Shown here piece after piece: positions 1 to 13,828 of a DNA stretch of 64,000 nt (position 1 is the first letter of the stretch; each line of letters opens with the position of its first letter). Origin of the DNA: Octopus sinensis (taxonomy: Eukaryota); NCBI RefSeq assembly GCF_006345805.1, contig NC_043008.1, positions 77,872,001 to 77,936,000 of the forward strand, in the 5' to 3' direction. Position numbers and translations under genes: made by a program. The notes beneath the pieces were generated by a model. That model saw only the letters and a program-made list of their open reading frames with translations, was not told the DNA's origin and ran no database searches.

Positions 1-1418
1 GGAAGTCAAGCAAATAGAAGTCTCCAGGAAAGGATAAAGTTCCTAACTTCTGGTTGAATACCTTTCTAGAAAGCCATGAACTCCTAACAAAACTTTATAA
101 GAATATTTTGCAACAACCTAGTAGGATTTCCTCTTAGCTAGTTAATGGTGTTACATTCCTACTTCCAATAAATGAAGAAACAAATGAACCAAAAAATTAT
201 GGACCCATAACCTGTTTAACAGCAAAGTATCAAATACTAACGTCTGTCTTGACTGAATATACCTATAGTTTTTAATAGAAAGTGGCATATTCCCTAATGA
301 ACAAAAAGGATGTAAACGTGGGTCCTATGGTTGTAAAGATCAGCTATTCATTAAAAAGATGATCTTAGAAGATTGTCACAAACGACACAAAAACTTGTCG
401 ATGGTCTACCACATAGCTGGATTAAGAAATAGCATCTACTCTGCGAAATGTCTTGTCTGTAAATCATGGGGAAACCACACTGACTTTGAACAGTGACAAT
501 GAATCTCTTAACGCTGGACATGTAAGAATGTCATGTGGCATTTCCCAGGGTGAATCACTATCACCACTCCTCTTTTGTCTAGCCTTATTAACTCTCTCGA
601 AACTGCTCAATGACGTACAATACAGTTGTAAAATAATATCCTTTACATGGTTGATTTAAATCTCTTTGCGAACAATGACCAGCAGCTACAGGGCTTACTA
701 GCGATTGTTTAGCAATACAGTGATGACATCAGGATGCAGTGTAGCATCGGTAAATGTGCAGAAGGAAAAATGATAGAAACATCCAATGTTAATCTTGACC
801 AGCAGAGTATCTCAGCAGGCATGATAGAACAGCACAGTATATTCACTGGGTAATTTGCAAAAACCTGGACCTGCCCCATGATAAAAATTGGTGGGAACAT
901 AATCCACCTCCAGTGCTTGAAAATGACCACATCTCATTTCTCTGGAACTTCACCATTGAAAGTGGCAGAAAGATAGATGCCAGTCACTATATTGAAAGAC
1001 TTCAGACAAAGATCATGCCTGCCCATTGATATGACTGTCCCAATCAATATAAATGTATCTGTCAAGACCTACCAAAACCTGAGCAAATATAAAGATCTGG
1101 AAATAGAAATCAGCAAAATGTGGAACCTGAAGACTAAAAAATACCTGTTGTCATAGGTGCCCTGGGAATGATAGCAAAAGGGGCTGACCACTACCTAACT
1201 CAGATACCAGGAAACCCCCAAATTTCAGAAATTCAAAAGATAGTACTCATGGGAACTGCTCATATCCTACGCAAAATACTTTCTATGTAATCTCAAGTTT
1301 TAAAGCAAACATAATTTTCGTTTTTTTTTTAGACATTCACTAGTACAACACTAAATACAAAACCAAATATATGGCACACTAGGCATAACAACAACACGAA
1401 CTTCCAACCTGTTGTCTC
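1..1418 (+). mobile_element. Degenerate R4/Dong-clade non-LTR retrotransposon (RT + restriction-like endonuclease), subfamily A, 3' part
   Basis: Frameshifted fragments include [38 protein letters not shown] and the RLE tail DLEIEISKMWNLKT..GALG..GTAHILRKIL* (stop about 1288), followed by a 3' UTR. Confidence 0.9.
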
Positions 1419-2112
1419 TTGAACTCCAAAATTTCAGAAATTCAAAAGATTGTGCTCATGGAAACTCTTTTATTCCTTTACTTGTTTCAGTCATTTGACT
1501 GCGGCCATGCTGGAGCACTGCCTTTAATCGAGCAACTCGACCCCGGGACTTATTCTTTTGTAAGCCCAGTACGTTTTCTATCGGTCTCTTTTGCCGAACC
1601 GCTAAGTAACGGGGACATAAACACACCAGCATCAGTTGTCAAGCAATGCTAGGGGACAAACACAGACACACAAACACACACACGCATATATATATACATA
1701 TATACGACGGGCTTCTTTCAGTTTCCATCTACCAAATCCATTCACAAGGCTTTGGTCAGCCCGAGGCTATAGTAGAAAACACTTGTCCAAGGTGCCACGC
1801 AGTGGGAATGAACCCGGAACCATGTGGTTGGTAGACAAGCTACTTACCACACAGCCACTTCTGCGCCTATATCCTACACAAAATACTGCTCATATCCTAC
1901 GCAAAATACTTTCTTTGTAATCTCAAGTTTTAAAACAAACATAATTTTCGTATGGTTTGTTAGGCATTCACTAGTACAACACTAAGTACAAAACCAAATA
2001 TATGGCACCCTAGGCATAACACCAACATGAACTTCCAACTTGTTGTCTCTTGAGGTCTCTGGGTGAGACTTGGAGCCAGCTTGTGCAAATGTAAAGCAAA
2101 AGTCAAACATAG
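1419..2112 (+). mobile_element. Second, short 3' fragment of the same R4/Dong subfamily A, interrupted by a SINE and ending in (AAC)n/(AAT)n
   Basis: Repeats 1218-1418 (SEIQKIVLM..AHILRKILSL* and the same UTR), then continues to caaacatagaataacaac. Confidence 0.8.
1466..1870 (-). mobile_element. Full-length tRNA-derived SINE
   Basis: Minus-strand head has A-box-like TGGCTGTGTGG and B-box-like GGTTCATTCCC, an internal (TG)/(TA) tract, and the tail tgactgaaacaagtaaaggaataaa; partial copies at 38340 and 47645. Confidence 0.9.
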
Positions 2113-2160
2113 AATAACAACAACAACAACAACAACAATAATAATATAATAATAATAATA

Positions 2161-2200
<40 letters not shown>

Positions 2201-2204
<4 letters not shown>

Positions 2205-2757
2205 GCCCTAATGCAGTACCAGGCAGTGGCACTCATGGCTTCTGATCTTAACTGATTGGAAGTGTTATCATGTACATTGTTTTGTCTTGGTATAAAAGAT
2301 GGGCTACAGTAAATATTCTGCTCAATACCACAGATTTGCTTGTCAGTTGTTTGACCGTAACCAGTTGAGCATGTCCCTTAGTGGCTGACGATATATGCAT
2401 CTCTGATCACGAGCAGAAGTAGTGGGGAGCATCATAGCCATGTGTTGAGAGGGATTCTTTGGGGTTTGAATAATTCACCTCTGGAAACATGGGTGGTTCT
2501 TTCAACATCCTTAAACAACCCTTATTCAGGGACCTTTTGAGCGGGATGGGCTACTCAACCTGAAGAAAATTCTAACTGGGCCCCACCTGCAAGGTCATGT
2601 GCTGTTTATCTTGATATGAGATCACCATGTCGCGCACATATGGTTGTGATGCATGTGCCTGGTGTACCCTTATCAGACGGGTAGACATGATGGGTATATT
2701 GGGCTTCGTATATTTTACCCCAGTGTCACTTTGATGGCATGAACTGCTCTCTCACTC
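2201..2757 (+). mobile_element. Non-coding 0.55 kb interspersed element E, copy 1, embedded in (AAT)n
   Basis: Starts aaatgccctaatgcagtaccagg and ends ctgctctctcactc(aat)n; six homologous copies in the window. Confidence 0.9.
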
Positions 2758-2775
2758 AATAATAATAATAATAAT

Positions 2776-3314
2776 AAATCCCTGATGCTGTACCAGGTAC
2801 TGGCTTTCATGGATTCTGACCTTAACTGATTGGAAGTGATATCACGTACATTGTTTTGTCTCGGTATAAAACATGGGCTATAATTAATATTCTGCTCAAT
2901 CCCATAGACTTGCTTGTCAGTTTCATGACTTTAACTAGTTGAACATATCCCTTAGTGGCTGACAATATGTGCATCTCTGATCACGAGTAGAAGTAGTGGG
3001 GTAACATCATAGCAATGTGTTTAGTGGAATTCTTTGGGGTTTGAATAATTCACCTTTGGTAACATGGATGTTTGTCCACCATTCTTAAAAACCCTTATTC
3101 AACGACATTCGAGCAGGTTGGGCTACATAACCAGAAGAAAATTCTAACTGGGCCCCACCTGCAAGATGATGCGCTGATATGAGATATGAGATCACCAAGT
3201 CGCGCATCTATGATTGTGATGCATGTGCCTAGTGTACCCTTATCAGGCGGATAGTCATGGGTCGTCATTGGGCTTCGTATATTTGTACCCCAGTGTCACT
3301 TCGATGGCATGCAC
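2776..3314 (+). mobile_element. Element E, copy 2 (more diverged, tandem to copy 1)
   Basis: Colinear with 2201-2757, with the same 5' start aaatccctgatgctgtaccagg. Confidence 0.85.
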
Positions 3315-3479
3315 ATCAATCAATATTAACAACAATAAGAAGAAAAAGAAGAAGAAGAAGAAGAAGAAGAAGAAGAGAAGAAGAAGAAGGAGAAGAAGAA
3401 AAAGAAGAAGAGGAAGAAGAAGAATGATAATAATAATAATATTAATAATAATAATAATATTGTTATTACTATTATTTAT

Positions 3480-4006
3480 TTATTTATTAACCACAAAGGG
3501 TTTACATTAAGAAAACATTGTGGACAGTACAGGACAATTTCAATGCGAGGTTACATGAATGTCGTTTAAACAGTGAAAAACAATCGATAATAACAACAAA
3601 ATTTTCCAAAAGAGGCTGACATCTTAGGACTGCTCTTTGAAACCCCACAAACTCACAACAGTCATGAGTACCAGAGTAAGAACCCTCTTCCCCTCACTTT
3701 CCTTTTCAAGTGAAACTTTAAAATGTTGATGAGAGCTTGGCCATAGGGGTAAGTGTCTGTATTCAGCCCTTTCAATCTCATCCACCACACAACCTCTTTC
3801 GCAAAGAAAGACAGCCTGTCCTTCTCGTCCAAAGGAAGACGCCGGGACTATCTTCACAATGGACTCAGCCAATAGCCGAATCCGTCCCACACGCGACGGC
3901 AGGTGTTCGACATAAACTCACAAGTCAGAAATACAATCATAGAAGAAGAAGAAGAAGAAGAAGAAGAAGAAGAAGAAGAAGAAGAAGAAGAAGAAGAAGA
4001 GAAGAA

Positions 4007-4041
<35 letters not shown>

Positions 4042-4093
4042 AAAAGAAGAAGAAGGAAGAAGAAGAAGAAGAAGAAGAAGAAGAAGAAGAAAA

Positions 4094-4140
<47 letters not shown>

Positions 4141-4815
4141 AAAAGAAGAAGAGGAAGAAGAAGAATGATAATAATAATAATATTAATAATAATAATAATA
4201 TTGTTATGGGTACTGGATGAGAGCATACAGACCGGTTTCGTCGCTCTGCAGGCATCTCAGGCAAGCCCGGTTGACTGCACTTTTGTGAAGGCAGTGCCCT
4301 GCAGTAACACTGACAGGCCAAGGATTTCTGGAAATCATCCATAGGCCCCGGCCCGAAAAACCTCCGAAACTGACCAGCAAACTCATTCTCGTTGATACCC
4401 AGAGTCTCCCCGAGAATGTCATCGCACTTTCCCGCCACTAATCCTCCATAAAAAGCCATAGTGGAACTTCCACCGACCGCACTGCCTGATTAGCAGTGGA
4501 GTGTGAACACATGACGACACTCTAGCTGCCAGGGGTCCTGCCCCAGTTTATGTTTCATCCTGGATTGAAGCTCAGTCAAAGAGACGAGTTGTAGGAAATC
4601 GCGTCTGACAAACGGTGACCGCACCTGCTCACCGTCTAGGAAACGTTGGAGATACGGCAGCCTCAGTGCATGTCTGCACTTCAATAGCCACGGCATACGC
4701 AGACTTCCATCTAACAGGTGTTGGCAGCAATAGAGCGCCTGACTAGTGGAACGCGTCCCTTCCACAGAAAGCGGAAGCGTAGGCGCTCCAGTTTGGTCAG
4801 ACTCAAACCGGGACG
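3480..4815 (-). mobile_element. 5'-truncated Tx1/L1-like LINE (ORF2 C-terminal part + 3' UTR), split by a GAA/AAT tract at 3940-4206
   Basis: ORFs 3624-3890 and 4490-4765 align by eye to the ORF2 C-termini at 19560-20400, 24650-24901 and 61479-61682 (FLC..V..H.K.SLEKE; CCQH.L.G.L.MPWL). Confidence 0.75.
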
Positions 4816-5949
4816 ATAATAATATTAGTGGTGGCGGTGGTGGTGAAATTGACTCACTACTGAACTGGTATTTTATTTATCGACTCCAATGTATAAAGGA
4901 ATAATTCGTCGCTGCGGGTTTTGAACCTAGAATGTAGAATACCAGAACAAATACCGCAATATATTCTATTCTCATGTCTCTACTAAGTCACTGTGTAGTA
5001 CACCTGTGCATGTGGAGTTTAATGCTTGTCTCTCGATTGCTAACCGTCAGCGATAAGCAGATAATAATTTATTGGTGTAGAGTGAACCAACTAACAAACG
5101 TGTCACGATGAACAGATAGAAGATATTGAAATACAGCGCGTCACTGTTGTCAGATAAGAAAAATAGAAAGAAAGATCATCGATAGAAAATACCACGCCTA
5201 ACTGTGGTATTTAAACACTACAAATGTATTATTAGAAAACTAGTTTCCTTGAGGACAAGGCAAGATAATGATTGCTTAAAACATACATGAAGCAAAATTA
5301 TATCAATAACAATGTATAACAATGTCTAAACAAATTTTAACTTCTATCAACTACGTTAGTTTTCTTGTCCTCATGAGAAAATATTTGAAATTCGTACTAT
5401 GTTGCTCATTTCCGTAAACAAGTAAAATATCACTGTAGTAAATACTGTTAAGTCAGTTGTTTTTAATAATCCAATTACTGATTAGAACTGGGTGCCTGAA
5501 TAGAAATGTAGTTTTATGCTTTTGACATATTCCAAATTTATGTTTGGTCCTTGCTTAATTTCAGAATAGGTTTCATCTAAATTAGTTTGTTTAATAATAG
5601 TTTCAAATGTTAGCACAGGTTTCAAATGTTAGTATAGGTTTAATTTAAAGCAGTTTGTTTAATAATGGCTTCAAATGTTAGCACAAGGTCAGAAATTTCG
5701 GGAAAGTGGGTAAATCGAATACATCGATTCTCAGTGTTTAATTTGAATTTACTTTATCGACCCAGAAAGGGATAAAAAGGAAAAGTCGACCTCAGCAGAA
5801 TTTGAATACTAATCGTTTCTACCAAAATAATAATCTTTTCTACAATAGGTACAAGGACATTTTGGAAGACGGATTTAGTTGATTGCACAACCCCAATGCT
5901 CAACTAGGACGCATTTTATCGACCCCAAAAATGAATGACGAAAGATAAT

Positions 5950-6095
5950 TTTCCTGGGTGGTGGTTGCCTTCTTTTCCCGCCTCCTCGTCAGCTGAAGAA
6001 TTATCAGAAGACTCTAACTCGGACGGGGTTAAGTGAATATTTTCTCCTATGATTATATCTGTGGTTTTGCTTGCAGGAGAGGAGTATAAAGGAGC

Positions 6096-6127
<32 letters not shown>

Positions 6128-7030
6128 TATGGTTGGGATCTCTCTTGGTTGGCGGTTATTTCTTAATTGTCAATATTCTCCGCCATATTAGTTGCTCTTA
6201 CGAACAGAGTTGATGATGATGTTGGTGTTACTGTTATTGCTGCTCCTGCAATTGTGGATGTTAACTTTCTTGAAACTGTCGATGCTATTCATGTCAATGA
6301 TCCAGATTCTATTATCTTTCCTTTTTATTATTCGTTGCTTCTACAGTTGGTGCTTCTTCTATTGTAGCAAAACATTGTTGATGTTATTGATGATGTTGCT
6401 GTTTCTCTTACGGTGATTGTGTTAACTGAAGTGGGACCCGCTTTTATCCTGTCCTTTTGCGATTGTAGAATCAGAATGCTCTGAGATGGTCGCAGGTCCC
6501 ACACACAGGACATCTATATCTTACGCCTTCAACAACTAGATGCAACTTCCATTTTCCAGGGAGATCTTTTTGAGATTCTTTCCATATCATCCGGGTTTAT
6601 ATAGAAGAGAATCTCCAGGTTGGTCCCAGAAAAGATGTCTTGCTACTTCCATTGTACAGCAAGTAGCGTGTCACTACTCTCTTCGCTGTTATTTTGCATG
6701 CTTGACATTGTACTGTTACTAATGGTGGTGGTGTTGATGTAGCTACTGCTGCTGCTGCCTTTGCTACTAAGTATGCACACACTTTCTCGCTTAGAGACTG
6801 AAATATGGGGAGGGATATCTCGGCTGTAAGCGAACTAGTGAGGGGTAAAGTTTCCCCTTCAGTGTTTCGAGGACAGGCTTCTTTTTTTCTTGATGCCGCC
6901 ATCTTCAATACGCTATCGAAGCGTTTCAGTCTTTTTGCGGAGAGAGGCAAAGGTTTCCCGTTAAGGGGCAAAAGCAACGAAGCACTGGCGAAAAGACTCT
7001 TGGTACTCTTGATAACAAAATAGAAGAAAA
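5950..7030 (-). mobile_element. Degenerate Tx1-like ORF1 remnant
   Basis: Minus strand 6470-6540 reads HLVVEGVRYRCPVCGTCDHLRAF*, a CX2CX4HX4C-type knuckle matching IMIEGKRPRCFACGETTHLRTCC at about 22780. Confidence 0.5.
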
Positions 7031-8382
7031 TTTTTACGAATAAACATACCCCGAACAGGTACCCGCAGTGAATAATGATAACAATAATAGTCTTATCTAT
7101 TATATAAAATCCGTTCTGTCTGTGTGTGTGTCTTCTAGGATTTCGGGCATCCTCCATCCGATTGCGCTCAAATTTGATATGTAGATACCGACGGTATCAG
7201 AGCGTGTATAAGTCTTGAGAAAAATACAAAAATCGATTCCAGGTGAAAATGCGATTGATAAAGCCGTGGGAACGTGCATTTGTACGCACAAGTACATCAG
7301 CTGTTGCGATCGATACTACGCGTACGCGAGAAAAATGCACGTGCAGTTTGTGCCAAAATTCCTGCCAAGCTTACTGTTTAAGCCATGTTTGTGTTCTCCC
7401 AGTCAACAGCCTTATCATTACTGGCACTTTAAACTCTTCGGTTGCATATTTTTGTGAATAAAATCGTTTTTCTTTGGAATAGAAAAAAGTCTATCTTTAT
7501 TTCTTCTTTTGCTGGTGTCTCAAATTTAGGTTAAATCAGTGCTTCTCAAAGGGAAGGCCTAAGGGACGGTTGGACAAGTTGTTTTGAGAAAATTTGGTTT
7601 AAATGTTTGACAACTCAGCACCGGCCATTGGACGGGGGGGGGGCGTTTTGCTTGTATATTATAAAAGACAAGCGGATCTCCATGCCTGTCTGTCAGTAAC
7701 ATCATCTATAACAGGGAGAGAAAGAAGGGGAAGAATCAAAATATACGTCACAACGTATAGTGAGACCAATTTCTATTATGGCATATTGAAGACAATCAAC
7801 GTTTATTAGGCTCAGCACGTTAATCTGTAATGATTGGTCGCTTTACCTATAATGTGAGATTTGAACATTGCTTGAGTCCTGTGCTGTGATTGGTCGAGTA
7901 TTGCGCGGGATTTAGACCGAAAGACCTATCCCGTTGCACGTTGTACGGTTTCAAACAACTAATCGATATGCGCTCTGGAGACTACTGTGTTTTCATAAAT
8001 TTATGCCACAAATTATCTAAGAGCAGAGAGGTGAGTGTTTTTCAGCAAGGTGAATTATACTGATATTCAGCCGTTAGACCCAAGCTGAACTATCCAAGCG
8101 ATGGATCAGTTACGGCCACCAGAATTAGTAATGTTTCTTACTTGATCCACTGTACCACTTTACGAAGGAATAAAATCTCACTGTTAATTTAAAGCTCGTT
8201 TCTTTTGTTACTTCCAGGAGTGAACAGGCAAAATATATTATATAATGGTATACACGATTCAGTACTAAAGCGTATTTTTAAAAGAAGGCGAGGTGAAAAA
8301 GCTGTTCAGAGACAAATAGGGTGTGCTTGTGTGAGGAACAAAGAGAGAGGGAGAGACAGACAGACAAAAAGAGGAGAGAGGA

Positions 8383-8420
<38 letters not shown>

Positions 8421-8421
8421 C

Positions 8422-8452
<31 letters not shown>

Positions 8453-8598
8453 ATGTGGGTGTGTGTGTGTGTGTGTGTGTGTGTGATGTGGGTGTGTGTG
8501 TGTGTGTGTTTGTGAAAGCTAGATAGATAGGTAGGTAGTATTGTCACCATTGTTTAAGTTTTGAAAGATATATTTGTCATTTTTTTGTACCTGTGTAT

Positions 8599-8639
<41 letters not shown>

Positions 8640-8640
<1 letters not shown>

Positions 8641-9668
8641 CAACGTATAGAAAACGCAACATAGACTTCAAATAAAAGAATGGGAGTAGAAAAGTGTCGG
8701 GAGAATAAGGTGGATGAGGAATTTTTTTCTTCGATCTTCTGTGATGTGATCTTTGGAGTGTAGGGTCGCGCATTGTCCTGATGAAACATCACTCTTTTTC
8801 GATTCAGGTCTTTTCTTCTTCAAATCAAACGCTCTAATTGCTGACAGTAGACTTGAGCATTGATTGTTGCATTAGGTGGTAACAATTCAAAGTGAATTAC
8901 TCCTTTTCAATACCACCAGATAGAGAAAAGAACCTTTTTTCCATGAAATTCCCTTCTCAGTTGTGGTTGAGCTTTTTCCATTTTACCAAGCCACTGTTTA
9001 CGACGTTTAACATTTTGATAGAAGATCCAGTTTTCGTCACTAGTCACAAGTCTATCCAAAAAGGGTGAAATAAGTTCACGAGAATGGAGAGAAAAGCAGA
9101 TGTCAACTCGGGATTTGCGGTTGCTTTCGGACAATTCATGAGACACTCATTTTCCAAGTTTAGGAACCTTTCCAAGTTGCCGAAGATGATGATGAACAGT
9201 TGTATGGTTGAACTAAGCTTCAACTGATAATGCAGGATTTTCTTCAAGTGATGTCTCAAGGAGCTTATCAACAAACTGAACTGGACGTTCTGTTCGATCT
9301 TCATCTTTAAGGCTGAAATCTCTACTTCTGAATTTTGAAAACCATCTTCTAAAAGTTATTTCATTCAAGCATTCTTTTCCATAAACTAAGTGTATGTTTC
9401 GAGTCGCTTCGGGTGCAGAGTTTCCTTTTTTTTACTCATAAAGCATTATATGCCTCAAAGGCACTTTGGATACTTCTATGTTAGAAAGGGTTTTAATCAA
9501 AGAAATTTTAATTCTATTATTCAGTAAAATAATATTTAATTAGTTTAAATATACACAAATGCATAAAAATAATTTTTAATTCCATTAGACATTCTAAAAT
9601 ACTATTAGATTTCATTCAACTTTTTAAAAACAGGTAAAATCAGACAGAACTTATGGGATGACCTGATA
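8640..9668 (-). mobile_element. mariner (DD34D) transposon, degenerate, 3' end lost in a (TG)n tract
   Basis: FLDRLVTSDENWIFYQNVKRRKQW, KVLFSIWW, FHQDNARP and HPPYSPD motifs; terminal sequence tatcaggtcatcccataagttctgtc at about 9643-9668. Confidence 0.9.
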
Positions 9669-9886
9669 TAATCGTATTTTCGTATCTTATGTTCTGTTAC
9701 TAATGTTCACCAAGAAAGTCAATTTAAATATTATTTGCACAATTTATGAAGGTACGTACATGACTTAGAAATATTTTTATCTGGCACCGTAGCAACGGGT
9801 TTGGACTAGTAATAATGATAATAATAATCTTAGAATAATTCTTTTTGTCACTCCCTCTCTTAGCCCGTTTACTTAGCCTGTCCGAA

Positions 9887-10170
9887 ACGCTTTCACGTGA
9901 TTAGTTGAAAGGAAAGTCGAAGAGTGTGGAAAAAAGAGGGAGAATGAAAAGAGAGAAAGAGAAAAAAGACCGAGAGAGAAAAAATAGGAGGGAGAAAAAG
10001 AGGGAGAGAGAAGTGTCTATGTCTTGAGGTAGAGGGAACGTAATTGTAACGCTTTCACATGATTAGTTGAAGGGAAAGAAAAAACAAAACGGAGAAAGAA
10101 AAATAGGGATAGAGAGAAAAAGAGTAAGAGAGATGCGTCCATGACGTGAGTTATGGGGAATGTAATATTT
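9887..10170. repeat. Two degenerate tandem copies of an approximately 162-bp GA-rich unit
   Basis: acgctttcacgtgattagttgaa at 9887 and acgctttcacatgattagttgaa at 10049. Confidence 0.7.
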
Positions 10171-10992
10171 ATGTGGTTTAAAGAGTCAGTTGAAAGTAGT
10201 GATATAGAGGAGGAGAGTTAAGAGTATAATTTTAGCAATGTTCTGATGGTGAGGTTAAAGAAAGGCAGAGAGAGAGAGACAGAAAGGGAGAGGGAGAGAG
10301 AGACAGAGAGAGAGACAGAGAGAGAGAGGGAGAGAGAGACAGAGATGATGATGATAATAAGGATGATGAAGATGGTGGTGGTGGTGGTGGTGGTGGTAGT
10401 AGTGGTGGTAATGGTAGTGGTGGTGGTGTTGGTGGTAGGGTTGGTGGTGAATTGAAAGGTGTAAGCAAATGAAATATGTATTGGCTCTGACCCATCCTCT
10501 TGGGTCATATGTTACCAACGATGTCATTTTCAGATTACGCCATGTTGCATTGAAGTTTTACTCCTGTGAAAGAGTGACACCTATATTTTACAACTAAAAT
10601 CATTTTTTTTACTATAAAATTTTTATTTTCTAGGTATGGAATTGTGACCATGTAAATTATTTTTTTTTTTTACGGAGATGTACTTGCAAAGCAAGTGACT
10701 TGATCTGAAACAAAAACTGCAGTGTGGAATGTGTTTATAAGTCATTTAAAAACACACAAAAACCGTTCGATTCACCTCAACATTTAAACTTGATTTGTAA
10801 TGAAAAAAATGGAAAAGTAAGTGTGAATATTTATTTTATGAGTGATGTGTATTAAGTCTATAAAATTGTGCATAAAGTATATAAAATGTAAATTAAGTAA
10901 TCATCGTATTCCAATTTCCTTCACTTTTCAATGAGGAGCAGATGAGGAACTATTTTTTCATATAGACACAACGCAGGCTACTCTTTCAAGTA

Positions 10993-11064
<72 letters not shown>

Positions 11065-11620
11065 GAGTGAGAGAGCAGTGCATGCCATCAAAGTGACACT
11101 GGGGTAAAATATACGAAGCCCAATATACCCATCATGACTACCCGTCTGATAAGGGTACACTAGGCACATGCATCACAACCATATGTGCGCGACATGGTGA
11201 TCTCATATCAAGATAAACAGCACATGACCTTGCGGGTGAAGCCCAGTTAGAATTTTTTCAGGTCGAGTAGCCCATCACGCTCAAAAAGTCCCTGAATAAG
11301 AATTGTTTAAGGATGTTGAACGAACTACCCATGTTTCCAAAGGTGAATTATCCAAACCTCCAAGAATTCCTTTCAACACACGGCTATCATGATCCTCCAC
11401 TACTTCTGCTCGTAATTAGAGATGCACATATAGTCAGCCACTAAGGGACATGCTCAACTGGTTAAGGTCAAACAACTGACAAGCAAATCTGGGGTATTGA
11501 GCAGAATATGTGCTATAGCCCATCTTTTATACCAAGACAAAACAATGTACATGATAACACTTCCAGTCAGTTAAGATGAAAAGCCATGAGTGTCACTGTC
11601 TGGTACTGCATCAGGGCAAT
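11065..11620 (-). mobile_element. Element E, copy 3
   Basis: Reverse complement of 2201-2757, flanked by (TAT)n and TAA tracts. Confidence 0.9.
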
Positions 11621-11681
11621 GTCACTGCCTGATATAATAATAATAATAATAATTATTATTATTATTATTATTATTACTATT

Positions 11682-12003
11682 ACCTCCGCCAAGGAAGGAG
11701 GTTATGCTTTCATCGGAATAGTATTTGATGAAACTTGCAGGAAAAGTTGGTAACGACACAAAGAACAGATGATGAAATTTTGGTAGTGATGCGGGAATTT
11801 TGCTGGATTCTTAAAGGATTTTTCATTTATTATATTTACTTTACATGAACTATTACGTTACATTCTTTGATTATCTCCATTGAAAACACGTTCATCGTTT
11901 CCACATAACCTATGGTGACGTTGCTTTTTCCAAAGTTTTTTTTTCTTTATTAGTAATTTTACTCGCGTATCTATCTTAAAATGAGCTACTTGGTGGAGGT
12001 CTG
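11682..12003 (+). mobile_element. Non-autonomous DNA element with subterminal inverted repeats (HINE/DINE-like)
   Basis: acctccgccaag ... cttggtggaggt inverted pair; a second 3' end cttggcggaggtctgtgatctccgtatgcattactagtt at about 12945-12982. Confidence 0.55.
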
Positions 12004-12004
12004 C

Positions 12005-12480
12005 GGAGGATGGCATGACAAGCCTTGACTATTGGGATGGACTCAAAAAGCTCAGGCTTTGCTCCCTCCACCGCCGCTGTGAGCTCTATATCACCTGTTT
12101 CATGTGGAAAATATTCCATCAACATTGCCCATCTTTAAAATTCGTCAGAGGCTTGGCCCCCGTGCCATCCGTCTACTACAGAAATGTTCGTATCGTATCA
12201 CAACACTATGACAGAACTAATTCACCTCAATTGGACCTGCTCTCTTCAACATCGTGCCAGACGATGGAAGGAGGAAAGTGACTTCATGGCCTTTAAACGA
12301 TCCCTAGATGATTAGCTCCAACAAATAACAGATAAACCACCCACACCCAGATATGTCTCTGAAAACAATAACCCTCTGCTTGAATGGGCTACGATTCCCC
12401 AGAGCTGACTGTGTATCTCTTCCAGGTGGTGCTATTAATTTAGACATGGCCTGAATCAACTTCGGCCGAAACTTATCTAA
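12005..12480 (+). mobile_element. CR1/L2-like LINE 3' fragment
   Basis: LDYWDGLKKLRLCSLHRRCELY...WKIF resembles the post-RT motif Y.ERL..L.L.SL.RRR..Y. Confidence 0.7.
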
Positions 12481-12996
12481 GTAATCTAATCTATGCTGTA
12501 AACTTTTAATCAGAGCATGACTACGTGAGGAGAGACTGATATCTTAACATTTCTGATGGTTTTAAGTATAAAATGATTATTAAAGATTTATATAGAACTA
12601 CATTCAAAGTATGTCTATAAGCTAGTGTGTTTACACCTGGTTTCTATTCTCAAAATGTTCCGTTTTGTAGATGCAATTGTTTTTTAATAAAGCACTCAGA
12701 AATTAGAAAAAATCAAAAATCTGCAACAATCTCGGTGCCATGAGTATCGAGTAATGGATTTTCAACTGTGTAAAGAAACTGATTGTGGTGATCGTAGTTT
12801 TCACGGTGATTGTGGGGAAAGCAGAGACAGTGTTCATGACGACGATGGTCGAGATAAGTATGGGAAAATGATAAGGTTTTGCCGGTGTTGGTTTGAGAAA
12901 CTGAGCGATCTTCTGCATGCGTGATTATGGGTGGAAATGAGCTGCTTGGCGGAGGTCTGTGATCTCCGTATGCATTACTAGTTGTTGTTGTTGTTG

Positions 12997-13073
<77 letters not shown>

Positions 13074-13075
<2 letters not shown>

Positions 13076-13621
13076 GTGAGAGAGCAGTACGTGCCATCAA
13101 AGTATCACTGGGGTGAAATATACGAAGCCCAGCATACCCATCATCACTACCCGTCTGATAAGGCTACACTAGGCATATGCATCACAACCATATGTGCGCA
13201 ATATGGTGATCTCATATCAAGATAAAAAGTACATGACCTTGCAGGTGGAGCCCAGTTAGAATTTTCTTCTGGTCGAGTAACCTATCCCACTCAAAATGTC
13301 CCTGAATAAGGGTTGTTTAAGGATGTTGAACGAAACACTCATGTTTCCAGAGGTGAATTATTCAGACCCCAAAGAATCCCTCTCAGCACATGGCTATGGT
13401 GATCCCCCACTACTTCTGCTCGAGATCAGAGATGCACATATCATCAGCCACTAAGTGATATGCTCAACTGGTTAAGGCCAAACAACTGACAAGCAAATCT
13501 GGGGTATTGAACATAATATTTGCTATAGGCCATCTTTTATACCAAGACAAAACAATGTACATGATAACACTTCCAATCAGTTAAGATCAGAAACCACGAC
13601 AGCCACTGCCTGGTAATGCTG

Positions 13622-13624
<3 letters not shown>
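13074..13624 (-). mobile_element. Element E, copy 4
   Basis: Homologous to the other copies, between (TAT)n and (CAT)n tracts. Confidence 0.9.
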
Positions 13625-13666
<42 letters not shown>

Positions 13667-13674
13667 TATTAGTG

Positions 13675-13730
<56 letters not shown>

Positions 13731-13742
13731 ATTATAATAATA

Positions 13743-13825
<83 letters not shown>

Positions 13826-13828
<3 letters not shown>

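Noticed and set aside
1790-1870. tRNA genes at SINE heads (also about 39612-39680)
   Set aside because: A/B-box-like motifs are present, but no complete cloverleaf is evident and each continues into a SINE body.
7825-7900. Paired ATTGG (reverse CCAAT) boxes suggesting a promoter
   Set aside because: No adjacent supported gene start; such short motifs occur by chance.
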